Positions 8,963-17,739 of a stretch of 64,000 nucleotides of DNA are shown piece after piece. A program made the translations under genes and the position numbers. This stretch comes from Hyphomicrobiales bacterium. GTDB taxonomy: Bacteria; Pseudomonadota; Alphaproteobacteria; Rhizobiales; Xanthobacteraceae. The DNA is taken from positions 5,617 through 69,616 of the forward strand of contig JBGMOD010000018.1 in assembly GCA_041424235.1 (NCBI GenBank), read 5' to 3'. The notes under the pieces are model-generated. The model was not told the origin of the DNA, did not search any database, and was given only the letters and a program-made list of their open reading frames with translations. Every line of letters begins with the position of its first letter. Position 1 is the first letter of the stretch.

Positions 8963-10108
8963 TCAGCCGACCGGGGCCTTGGCGGCTGCGGCCGGCAGGC
9001 CTGTCACCGGCGGCGCGCTTGGCTTCGGATTCATGCCCATCAGGAACCGCATCGGCGGCCATGGCCGGATCAGCCAATGATAGGCGGCGAGCGAAATCGC
9101 GGTGGCGCCGATCGCCATCACCGCCACCTTGACGAACACCGGCACCGCCAGCGGCAGCACCGCGACGCCGATCAGCAGCAGCGGGGCATGATGGATGATG
9201 AAGACCGGCAGCATCGCCTCGTTGAGGTAGATCGCAAGCGGCCAGTCCGGCGGATTGAGGCGCGCGGCGAAGCCGAGGCCGGCGCCGACCGCGCTCCATC
9301 CGAGCACGCCGACGAACAGCCGGCCGAGGGTGGATTCCTCCACCCACATCATGCCGGCAAAGGCCAGCAGCATCACGATCGCAAGGCGCGGGGCCTCCGC
9401 GCGCAGCCGCGTCTCGAAGCCGGGCCAGATCGCGATGCCGGCGCCGATGGCAAAGCACAGCGTGAAGTAGCCGAAGTTCGCCCAGTCATGGATCAGGTTC
9501 GGCATGTACGGCCAGAAGCCGTGGAACACCATCAGCAGCGCCGCCATCGGCAGTGCCGGCAGATAGGCCATCCAGGCCGGCGGCACGCTGTGGTTCGGCG
9601 CGCGTTTCACCAGCCGCATCAACAGCGGCAGCAGCAGCACCGACATCAGGAACAGGTAAGCCAGGAAGTAGAGGTGCGACCAGGTCAGGAGTTTCAGGAA
9701 CTTCAGATTGTTCGGGAAGAATTCGAAAAAGCTCTCCTGCAACGGCGCCACCAGCCGCAGACCGTGAAAGCCGAGATCGCGGCCGTGGCTGAGCTCGATG
9801 TACTTGATGACCGATCCGAACGCCACGATGCCGACGGTGAGCGGCACCAGGAGGCGCGTCACCCGTTCGCCGACAAAGCGCAGCGCGCCGCGGCTGCGCA
9901 ACGATTTCAGCGAGGCCCAGCCCGCCAGCACGAACCAGGTGGTCATCAGCGTCGGGCGCAGGAATTCGTACATCGCCGAGGCGACCATGTCCGGCTGCGC
10001 GCTCTTGAGGTGATAGCGCGGCTCGACCGCGAAGATCAGCAGCGCGTGCGCGACGATCACGCCGGCACACAAGACAATCCGCAAAACGTCGATATCGGTC
10101 CGCCGCAT
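8963..10108 (-). CDS. Acyltransferase family 3 (OpgC/MdoC-like) membrane protein
   Basis: RRTDIDVLR..H, ERVTRLLVPL, SHLYFLAYLF, YLNEAMLPVFIIH; multiple TM segments. Confidence 0.85.
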   Translation of the reverse strand: MRRTDIDVLRIVLCAGVIVAHALLIFAVEPRYHLKSAQPDMVASAMYEFLRPTLMTTWFVLAGWASLKSLRSRGALRFVGERVTRLLVPLTVGIVAFGSVIKYIELSHGRDLGFHGLRLVAPLQESFFEFFPNNLKFLKLLTWSHLYFLAYLFLMSVLLLPLLMRLVKRAPNHSVPPAWMAYLPALPMAALLMVFHGFWPYMPNLIHDWANFGYFTLCFAIGAGIAIWPGFETRLRAEAPRLAIVMLLAFAGMMWVEESTLGRLFVGVLGWSAVGAGLGFAARLNPPDWPLAIYLNEAMLPVFIIHHAPLLLIGVAVLPLAVPVFVKVAVMAIGATAISLAAYHWLIRPWPPMRFLMGMNPKPSAPPVTGLPAAAAKAPVG

Positions 10109-10470
10109 ATGTCCCCGGGGATCTCGTGTCCAATGCTGATGGGAAGCGGCGCCAGACGCCTCACATCGCGCGGATGATTAAGAGGGCGTTTGTGGCGAGC
10201 GTTGGGCTGCCCGGAAAAAGCCCTCCCTCGACTGTATCGCCGTGAACCCGGCAGTGCGTCAAATTCGGCTGAACCGAACAGCTGGAACGCCAGACACATC
10301 TTGACCGGTAAACGGGCGGGATGGGACGCGCCGCGGTGCCATTGCATCCGGTCTTGAGCGCCGGCGCCGAAGCCATATAGAATCGGTGCATTGATTCGAC
10401 GCGGCGATTGCCCGTCACGGCACGCCCGGTATTTTCAGGCGGCATTGAAAAAGACGGTATTGCAAGCGAT

Positions 10471-10857
10471 ATGGCGAAGTCTTCGAAATTGGTGGTCGCG
10501 AAACGTGGCGAGGTGCTGCTGGTTCGTCGCCGGCGCGACCGGCTCTGGATGTTCCCGGGCGGACGCAAGCGTGGCAGCGAGAGCGAGAAGGCCTGCCTGC
10601 GCCGGGAGATCAAGGAAGAGCTTCCCAAGCTGAAGCTCGGGCGGCTGCGACTCTGGAAGGAAGTCAAAGCCCGCAATCGGCTTTCGGGTCGCAAGATGAG
10701 CGATGCAATCTTCGTGGCCGGCAAGGCCTCCGGTCACCTGACCATCGGCGACAAGCGCGAGATCGACAAGGCCACCTGGCGCAAACCGCGTGGCATCCGG
10801 CTGACGCCGACGTCGCGCTACATCAGGGACAAGCTGTTTCCGAAGCGCCGCCGCTGA
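10471..10857 (+). CDS. NUDIX hydrolase, very basic
   Basis: Nudix box GGRKRGSESEKACLRREIKEEL. Confidence 0.85.
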   Translation: MAKSSKLVVAKRGEVLLVRRRRDRLWMFPGGRKRGSESEKACLRREIKEELPKLKLGRLRLWKEVKARNRLSGRKMSDAIFVAGKASGHLTIGDKREIDKATWRKPRGIRLTPTSRYIRDKLFPKRRR

Positions 10858-10914
10858 GGGCGAGGCGACGGGGCGTCCCTGTTGGCCGCCGCCGACATCA
10901 CCATCCGGCTCTCG

Positions 10915-11085
10915 TCACTTCTTGGGAACAATCGAGGATGTCTTGTCGCCGGCGTCCTTGCGGGCGCCGGATGACTCGGTATCGGCCTTGATGGTTGGGG
11001 TCTTGTCCGTTTTGGCCGAGCCCTTGTCCAAATCCCAGATTTCCTCCGCCGTCGGCAGGGCCTTGCTGCTCCTGGACACGGTCAT
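10915..11085 (-). CDS. 56-aa hypothetical hydrophilic protein
   Basis: Strong AGGAGGA RBS before ATG; MTVSRSSKALPTAEEIWDLDKG... Confidence 0.5.
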   Translation of the reverse strand: MTVSRSSKALPTAEEIWDLDKGSAKTDKTPTIKADTESSGARKDAGDKTSSIVPKK

Positions 11086-11200
11086 TTCCTCCTTTTGCTT
11101 CACAGACGAAACGCGAGACATCGAAGCAAAGCGAAGTTTGATTAAGATTCCCGCTTTTATGCGGTCCGAACAAGGCACGAAAGCTCGCCTTGGGTGAATT

Positions 11201-11215
11201 GTTCTCTTTTTGTTC
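11201..11215. promoter_or_regulatory. Alphaproteobacterial LexA (SOS) box
   Basis: GTTC-TCTTTTT-GTTC, an exact GTTC-N7-GTTC with a T-rich spacer. Confidence 0.6.
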
Positions 11216-11246
11216 TTGCCGTTTTCGCGAAATGGTCCAAGACAGC

Positions 11247-11274
11247 AAAAAGCCCGGCATCGCGCCGGGCTTTT
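11247..11274. terminator. Bidirectional intrinsic terminator
   Basis: AAAAAGCCCGGC-ATCGC-GCCGGGCTTTT. Confidence 0.75.
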
Positions 11275-11297
11275 CAGATCCGTCCCGCAAGCACCTC

Positions 11298-11495
11298 TCA
11301 GTGCGACAGATGCTCTTCGGCGGCGGGAAGCAACGTGTAGATGACATCGCTGGAGTTGGCGGGCGTTCCCTTGATCAGGCCGGCCTGTTCGAGGCGCTCG
11401 TAGCGAGCGCGGTTGATGGCTCCGGCCGTGTATTTCTGGCCATCGGTACGCTTCATCGACTGCAACAGCTTCAACGCATCGTCCTCGAGCTTCAT
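11298..11495 (-). CDS. 65-aa hypothetical protein, possibly winged-helix-like
   Basis: MKLEDDALKLLQSMKR...RARYERLEQAGLIKG...IYTLLPAAEEHL; terminator directly downstream. Confidence 0.6.
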   Translation of the reverse strand: MKLEDDALKLLQSMKRTDGQKYTAGAINRARYERLEQAGLIKGTPANSSDVIYTLLPAAEEHLSH

Positions 11496-11547
11496 TCCAA
11501 TTCCCCATCGGCAATCACTCAGGTCTGCCAAGGCTAGGTCGACGTGG

Positions 11548-11563
11548 TTAACGAGTGATTAAC
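11548..11563. promoter_or_regulatory. CtrA binding site
   Basis: TTAA-CGAGTGA-TTAAC; matches TTAA-N7-TTAAC on both strands. Confidence 0.65.
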
Positions 11564-11685
11564 GCGTCATAAATGCGTCGCGAGTCGCCGGCAAGCCGGA
11601 TTTTTGGGGAAGGACTCCATGCTCCCGACCGGAGGCAAGGCGCCGCTTCGCTGTCTTGCGACGGCGCCATGCCTGGTGCCGTCAG

Positions 11686-14070
11686 CTAGAACTTCGCGGC
11701 CGCCGACACCCGGAAGGTGCGCGATGCGCCGGGCGAGATGTTGTTGTTGCCGTCGGCCGAGGCCCAGTAACCCTTGTTGAAGATGTTCTCGACATTGAGC
11801 TGGGCGCGCCACTGCTCGTTGATCTTGAGGTAGACGGCCGCGTCGACGCGCACGAAGCCCGGCAGCCGGACGGTGTCGTCCGAGGACGCGTAGGAGTCGC
11901 CGAAATAGATCACGCCGACGGCCGCCGCCCACATCGGATTGATCTGGTACTTGTTCCACAGCGAGACCTGGTTGTAGGGGACCAGCTGAACGCGGTTGCC
12001 CACTACGATGGTGGGCGTCGACTGGCTGGTGACCCGCGCGTCGGTGTAGGCATAACCAAGCGTCGCCTGCCAGTCGCTGGTGATCATGCCGTTCAGCGCG
12101 GTCTCGAAGCCGTTGATCTCCTGGCGGCCGCTCGGGATCGGATTGGAGGAGCCGTCGGGATTGGTCACCGGCACGTTGGTGCGGTTGAGGTGATAAAGCG
12201 CCGCGGTGTATTGCAGGCGCGGCAGGATGTTCCACTTCACGCCCACCTCCGTGTTCTCGAATTTCTGCGGCTCGAAATTCTGCGTGGCCGCGGTCAGCGA
12301 GCTGAACTGATCGCCGGAGGCCGGCAGATACGAGATGCTGTAGGCGCCGTAGATCGACAGGGTGTTGATCGGCTTGACGATCACGGCCGCCTGCGGCGAG
12401 AGTTTGTTGTCGACCCGATTGCGCTGGGTGAAGGTGTTCTGGTCGGTGGCGGTCAGGTCGAAACGATCGTAACGCACGCCCGCGATCAACTGCACCCAGC
12501 GTGTGATATCGATCTGGTCGCGGACATAGGCCGACTGGACATTGAGGGCGTATTTGCTGTTGGAGTCCGGCGACGTGACGCCGATGGCAGGGTTCGCCAC
12601 GAAATTATGGATGAAAGTGACCGGACCGGAATAAGTCGGATCGAACGGATTGGCGGCCAGCGCAGCGTTGCCGTTCGGGTACAGTCCGGTGTTGCGCACA
12701 TCGACGCCGGTCTGCCGGTCGAACTCCGTCCCGAACCCGATGGTGTGGAACACGGGTCCGGTGAAGGTCTTGTAGGTGAAGTCGGTCTGGTTGATCAGGT
12801 TGTCGCGATTGGTGGTGTGCTGGTACGCGGCGCGATTGAACGAGGTGTCGGTCGGGTTCACCGACGATCCCGGATAGACGTTCTGGTAGAATTTCTTGAA
12901 GTCGGCGTACATCGTCGAATTCTTCACGGTCAATCCGTTTTCGAAGTCGTGATCGATCACGGCCATGGTGGTCGACGCGTTGACGCGGGCGACATTGTAG
13001 ATCGGGCTGCCGAAGAAGGCTGTGAGGTCGCCGTTCGGCGCGAAGGGCGCCGCCGGATTGAATCGCGTCGCGCCGCCGGGAACCCCGGCAATGGCCTGCG
13101 AGGGATTACCGCGGTCCGCGGTGCGCTCGTCGTGGAAATACTCGTAGCTCAGCTTGACGCTGGTGGTGTCGTTCGGCTTCAGCGTCACCGTCGGATTGAT
13201 ACCATAGCGTTCGAGCTGGCCGAAGTCGCGGAAGGTGTCCGATCCCTCGTAGAACGCATTGACCCGGGCCGCGACATTCTCGTTGATGGCCTGGCCGGCA
13301 TCGAGCGAAATGCGCCGGTCGCCGAAGGAGCCGGTCTGCGCGGTCGCCTCATAGACGCGAGTGCCGTCGGCCTCCTTCAGCGTGCGGTTGACGAGACCGC
13401 CGCCGGAGGCGCGGCCGAAGGTGAGGGCGCTCGGCCCCTTCAGGATCTCGATGCTCTGGGTGTTGTAGAGATCACGGAAGTACTGGACGTCGTCGCGGAA
13501 GCCGTTGACGTAGAAGTTCGCGCTGGAATCGACGCCGCGAATGACGAGCTCGTCGCGGTTGCCTTCGCCCTGGTGCACCGCGACGCCGGGAACGTAGCGG
13601 GTGATGTCGGTGATGCCCTGGGGGTTTTGATCCTGAATGAATTGCTTGGTCAGCACGCTGACCGATTGCGGGATGTTCAGCAGCGGGGTGTTGGTCTTGG
13701 TTGCGCTCGAGGTGCTGTTGGCGAAATAGCCCACCGTGCCGGTGCGGGCATCGTAGGTATTGGCGGGGCGCGAAGGGGCAGCTTCGATTTGCGTCGCACG
13801 CCGGGCCGAGCGTGCCGCCACGCGACGGCCACGCGTCGCGGTCACGCTCTGCTGGGTGCGTTGCTGGCGGGCGCGGCCCGGCACCACGATCACAGGCGGC
13901 AGCGGGTTCGAGCCGCTCGCGCCGGCCGGGGATCCTGCCGCTTGCGCCATCGCATCGGGCGCTCCCCATGCGAGGCCTAGCGCAAGGCAGCTGACCGACA
14001 GCAGCGCCAGCTTCGCCAGCGAGGTTGCAATGGAATGCGTTTGCGCATGCGCGCGGACGATGTTTGACAT
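11686..14070 (-). CDS. TonB-dependent siderophore receptor (Fiu-like)
   Basis: SATKTNTPLLNIPQSVSV plug, IEILKGPSALTFG, C-terminal beta strand ending in F. Confidence 0.95.
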   Translation of the reverse strand: MSNIVRAHAQTHSIATSLAKLALLSVSCLALGLAWGAPDAMAQAAGSPAGASGSNPLPPVIVVPGRARQQRTQQSVTATRGRRVAARSARRATQIEAAPSRPANTYDARTGTVGYFANSTSSATKTNTPLLNIPQSVSVLTKQFIQDQNPQGITDITRYVPGVAVHQGEGNRDELVIRGVDSSANFYVNGFRDDVQYFRDLYNTQSIEILKGPSALTFGRASGGGLVNRTLKEADGTRVYEATAQTGSFGDRRISLDAGQAINENVAARVNAFYEGSDTFRDFGQLERYGINPTVTLKPNDTTSVKLSYEYFHDERTADRGNPSQAIAGVPGGATRFNPAAPFAPNGDLTAFFGSPIYNVARVNASTTMAVIDHDFENGLTVKNSTMYADFKKFYQNVYPGSSVNPTDTSFNRAAYQHTTNRDNLINQTDFTYKTFTGPVFHTIGFGTEFDRQTGVDVRNTGLYPNGNAALAANPFDPTYSGPVTFIHNFVANPAIGVTSPDSNSKYALNVQSAYVRDQIDITRWVQLIAGVRYDRFDLTATDQNTFTQRNRVDNKLSPQAAVIVKPINTLSIYGAYSISYLPASGDQFSSLTAATQNFEPQKFENTEVGVKWNILPRLQYTAALYHLNRTNVPVTNPDGSSNPIPSGRQEINGFETALNGMITSDWQATLGYAYTDARVTSQSTPTIVVGNRVQLVPYNQVSLWNKYQINPMWAAAVGVIYFGDSYASSDDTVRLPGFVRVDAAVYLKINEQWRAQLNVENIFNKGYWASADGNNNISPGASRTFRVSAAAKF

Positions 14071-14354
14071 GTGGCCCCCAAAGTCGTTCAGCAGTTTTTC
14101 GGCGCGACATGTCGTCACGCGCGACGTCCCGATCGTGTTGCTCTTGGGGGCATGCGATGCGTTGCGTCCAGATCGGCGACGGCAAAAAGATTTCGGTGTC
14201 GATGGGGAATAAAATGGCGTCGAATTATCGCGGGTGTCGCGCGTACCGAAGACGTGCGCGATGAAGTCGTTTTAAATCCGGCACTTTCGCGCAATTCCGA
14301 TCGCGGTTTGCGGTCGCAGAAATTCGCCGCCGGAGCGAATGCGCGGCCGCCGTG

Positions 14355-14371
14355 TTTCGAGATATTCTAAC
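14355..14371. promoter_or_regulatory. Possible Irr box (ICE) upstream of the TonB receptor
   Basis: TTTCGAGATATTCTAAC; partial match to TTTRGAAYNRTTCYAAA. Confidence 0.35.
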
Positions 14372-14989
14372 TCGTATCTGTGCGCGTCGATAACGCGGGT
14401 GTTGCATAGACAAACCATGCGAAAAAAATGAAAACCGGTGCGGAATAAGGTGGCCGGAGCCATTGTTTTAAACTCCCTCGATCGCATGGCCGCGGCCGGC
14501 GACGATTGCGATGCGCGATCCGACCGGGACAGCCGGTTGATCGTCACGGCGCGTTTTTCGTCAGCGCCGCGATTTGTGCTTCGCAGTCATTGAGGCGTTG
14601 GCGTACCTCGATCTCCCCATTTTTCGCGTGGGGGCGGATCGGCGAGCGAGATCCCGAACATCAGCGTGGTCAGAAGGCCGATCGTGCCGTTGACGAGGTC
14701 ACCGGCCGTTCGGCCTCTTGCTGCTTGTCGCGGTGCAGCACGAGCAGCGGCGGTACCGGTTTCGGGCTCGTCATGAGATCCTTGGACTGTTTGTGCGCCT
14801 CCTTGCTTTTCGGTCGGCGTCAAGGTTGCGAAGCCCGGCATCACCGAAACGCCAGGAAGTTGTTCGCTGCTGCCGACGATCCATTGCGGACGCGATCGCC
14901 ACCGGGAGGAGGTCAGGCGCTGCTGGCCTTGCCGACGACTGGTAATTTTTGCGGCGCCGGCCGGCCGTTGAATCCGGTTATTGCCGCCG

Positions 14990-15014
14990 GGAACCTCAAG
15001 GTCAGCATTGCGTT
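14990..15014 (+). promoter_or_regulatory. Sigma-EcfG (general stress) promoter
   Basis: GGAAC-N17-GTT. Confidence 0.6.
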
Positions 15015-15060
15015 ATGGCGATGCCCCCAATCGCCAAAATCAAATCTGGGGAATCAAAAC

Positions 15061-15195
15061 ATGTGGCGCAGTATTGAAACCTGGCTGGGACTTTCGGACG
15101 CGCAGGCCATCGAACTTGGAATCGACGCGACCTTCGCCGTTGTGCTGGCTTTGATCGTGACCGAAGCTCTGCGGTTCGTGATCGGATTTCTGTAG
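15061..15195 (+). CDS. 44-aa single-TM small protein
   Basis: MWRSIETWLGLSDAQAIELGIDATFAVVLALIVTEALRFVIGFL; GGGGA RBS; EcfG-type promoter upstream. Confidence 0.55.
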   Translation: MWRSIETWLGLSDAQAIELGIDATFAVVLALIVTEALRFVIGFL

Positions 15196-15287
15196 GCACG
15201 GTCCGGTTGCGGCCGCGGTCCTGATCTGACCGCGGGCGTGCCGGCACATGTCGATGAGCTGCTCGAAGAATTTCGCGTTTCCGCGCG

Positions 15288-15395
15288 TCAGGACAGCGCG
15301 GCTGCCAGCAGCGCTGCGCTGAGAACAGCAAATCCCGTGAGCGCAATTCCAAGGAACCTGGCGCAGATGGTGTCGTATCGGGGCTGGGTACGCAT
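15288..15395 (-). CDS. 35-aa hydrophobic peptide, paralog 1
   Basis: GGGAG RBS; MRTQPRYDTICARFLGIALTGFAVLSAALLAAALS; homologous to 17032-17139. Confidence 0.65.
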   Translation of the reverse strand: MRTQPRYDTICARFLGIALTGFAVLSAALLAAALS

Positions 15396-15670
15396 CACTG
15401 AACTCCCACAAATCCACCAAGCGCACGCTCGCTCCAAATTGATTAAAATTGTCTCAAGGGGCCGGTCTCGTTCCCGCAGGGATGCGCGAGTGGTTAAGGG
15501 ATCGCCTTGCCTGGTCCCCCGGGTGAACGCCCCCCGGGACTGTCGGCCTCGTGCTGATTGAGACGCTGCGCCGGATCTCGTGGAGTCAGTCATCGGGCCG
15601 CGCTTCGCGCGGACCCGTTGGCTTGTCCGGGCAACAGCTCACGCGACGGCAGCTCGCTGAGCGCGATCTG

Positions 15671-16036
15671 TCATGCGCGGTAATACCGTTCCCAGGGGCG
15701 GCGGGGTGGTGACGGTTGCGAGCCCTTGGTAAGGATGACGCCGAGCGCAAAGCCGATCAGGCCTGCCACCAGCAACGCGCTTCCTGGCCGCTCCTGGATG
15801 TTGGCGGCGACGGCGTCGGTTCCGCCTTCATAAATGGAGCGCCCGGCATTCAGCGCCGATCCGGCCGCATCGCGCACGGCATCCTTGGCCTGGCCGATGG
15901 TATTCTGCACCACGCCCTCGGCTTCACGCACATTGCCCTCGGCTTCGGCTCTGGTGTCTCCCGTGGCCTGGCCGAACGCGCCTTCGGCCTTGCCGAATGC
16001 TTCCTTGGCCGCACCCTTGATACGATCGCTGTCCAT
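15671..16036 (-). CDS. csbD: CsbD family stress protein with C-terminal membrane anchor
   Basis: MDSDRIKGAAKEAFGKAEGAFGQATGD..AEAEG..QNTIGQAKDAVR; AGGAG RBS. Confidence 0.85.
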   Translation of the reverse strand: MDSDRIKGAAKEAFGKAEGAFGQATGDTRAEAEGNVREAEGVVQNTIGQAKDAVRDAAGSALNAGRSIYEGGTDAVAANIQERPGSALLVAGLIGFALGVILTKGSQPSPPRRPWERYYRA

Positions 16037-16062
16037 CTCAGTCTCCTGGTGTGTGCGGTGGC

Positions 16063-16087
16063 AACAGCATCGAGCTCGGACAGTTCC
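16063..16087 (-). promoter_or_regulatory. Sigma-EcfG promoter of csbD
   Basis: GGAAC-N17-GTT on the minus strand. Confidence 0.7.
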
Positions 16088-16419
16088 ATCGCGCCTCTCA
16101 CGTCGGCTGCGGAACAATGCCGGCGCTGCGGAATTTTTCACTGGCCTCCCTGCGCCGCCTCCTGCGCTTTGGAGACATCGGAGATCGATGGTCACGCGCG
16201 CGCAACGGCTCCGCTGAGGCTGCAGCACGGCAACGGCGCCCACCACCTCGGGCAATTTTGTCGCCCGCCGTGACCATCAATGGGTCTGCGGGGCACGCAG
16301 TGCCGAATGTCGCTAACGATCGGTTGAAGGCGATGCCGCAGTTCAAGTATTGAACGGAGGGGCGTCGCGCGAGCCGTGATGTCTCGCGATGCCTGCTGGT
16401 CGAACAACAGAGTGGATTG

Positions 16420-17007
16420 ATGCGGCGCACGATACCTGTGGTCCTGCTGATTGTTGCGCTGCTCTCAGCCTATGCGGCTTCCGCGGTGGTTTCGCTGAGC
16501 GAGGCCGTGCGGGCGGCGCAGTCGGGAGACGGCGAGCGCGTGCTCGGCTATGTCAACACCGACCGCTTGCGGAGGTCGATCTCGTCGCAGGTGGTGGCGG
16601 CCTATCTCGCCGAGATCAGCGAGACCCGCCGCATCACGCCGCTCGAACGAACGCTGGCGAATTCGCTGGGCACCACGATAGCGGATGCCGTGGTGGAGAA
16701 GGTCCTGACCCCGGCCAATCTCGCCGTGCTGCTGAAGAGCGGGCGCGTGCAAACTGATCCCGAGACCGCGGTCGCCGGCAACATCACGCCGCTGGCCGAT
16801 GTCGGACGGCTGCATTGGGTCGACATCCTCGGTCGGCTGCGTCTGGTGAAACCGGTGGAGTTCGCCGTCCGCGTCGGAAGCTCGACCGATCCGGATCGCG
16901 TGTCGGCGTTTCACATGCACTTCGAGGGCGACGGCTGGAAACTGTCGGCGATCGAGTTTCCGAAGGCTGCGTTGCGTGATCTGGCGGCAAGGCTGCCGCG
17001 GCGGTGA
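16420..17007 (+). CDS. DUF2939 family protein
   Basis: N-terminal TM, L.EAVRAAQSGD..VLGYVNTDRLRRSI..Q, C-terminal GWKLSAI. Confidence 0.75.
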   Translation: MRRTIPVVLLIVALLSAYAASAVVSLSEAVRAAQSGDGERVLGYVNTDRLRRSISSQVVAAYLAEISETRRITPLERTLANSLGTTIADAVVEKVLTPANLAVLLKSGRVQTDPETAVAGNITPLADVGRLHWVDILGRLRLVKPVEFAVRVGSSTDPDRVSAFHMHFEGDGWKLSAIEFPKAALRDLAARLPRR

Positions 17008-17031
17008 TGTTATTTTCGATCCGGTCGCGGA

Positions 17032-17139
17032 TCAGGCAAGCACGGCGGCAACCAGGGCGGCGCTGAGTACGGCCAACCCGGAGACCGTCAGTCCCAGGAA
17101 ACCCAGGCATATCGTCTTGTTATGGTCCTGCACACGCAT
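17032..17139 (-). CDS. 35-aa hydrophobic peptide, paralog 2
   Basis: GGGAG RBS; MRVQDHNKTICLGFLGLTVSGLAVLSAALVAAVLA; 20/35 identical to 15288-15395 without gaps. Confidence 0.65.
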   Translation of the reverse strand: MRVQDHNKTICLGFLGLTVSGLAVLSAALVAAVLA

Positions 17140-17449
17140 GACACGCTCCCATCGACGGTATCTGTCTCCCGAGCAACGGGACAGCGCGCCGTCAGAGATT
17201 CAGGCCAACCCGGCCGCATCAAACTGGCCATCGGTATCTCGGCCGATCACCAGTATTTCACCACGGAACGGCGAAAACGCCTGTAGCCACCGGGTCACAC
17301 TCTGACTCTTAGTTGGGGGGCGGGGACGGCAGGTTCACGGTTAGGGCCCGTTCTCCCGCATCACGGTTTTGTTAGTCTGCCGCCGATGGTGTGCCGGGAC
17401 TGGGCGGGCTCGCCGGCTCAAGTGGCAGGGATCGGGAAAGGGGCGCCTG

Positions 17450-17728
17450 ATGCGGCTGGGATTGATCAGCGGGTGGTTGCTGTTGCTGGTGACGCACGCC
17501 AGCGCCGCTTGCGTGTGCCGATGCGTGGATGGCGAGATGCAGCCGCTCTGCAGCAGTTCGATCGACCTGCCGCCGATCTGCCCGCTGACGATTTGCGGGA
17601 TCGTTCCGCCATCGATCGCGCCGATTGCACCCCCGGCGTTGCCGCCGCTCGGGACATCGGAGTGCCATCAGCGCCAGGTGATGAATCCGGACACCCGCCG
17701 ATATGAATGGCAACGGGTTTGCGAGTGA
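17450..17728 (+). CDS. Small secreted Cys/Pro-rich protein
   Basis: Signal peptide ending ASA; 8 Cys (CVCRC...C...C...C...C...C). Confidence 0.7.
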   Translation: MRLGLISGWLLLLVTHASAACVCRCVDGEMQPLCSSSIDLPPICPLTICGIVPPSIAPIAPPALPPLGTSECHQRQVMNPDTRRYEWQRVCE

Positions 17729-17739
17729 TCCTGAATCTT

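Noticed and set aside
14587-14844. 85-aa minus-strand ORF
   Set aside because: No convincing RBS or family motif; cannot support as coding.
15476-15540. tRNA-like D-loop GAGTGGTTAAGG
   Set aside because: No anticodon or T-arm (GTTCRA) and no acceptor pairing; not a tRNA.
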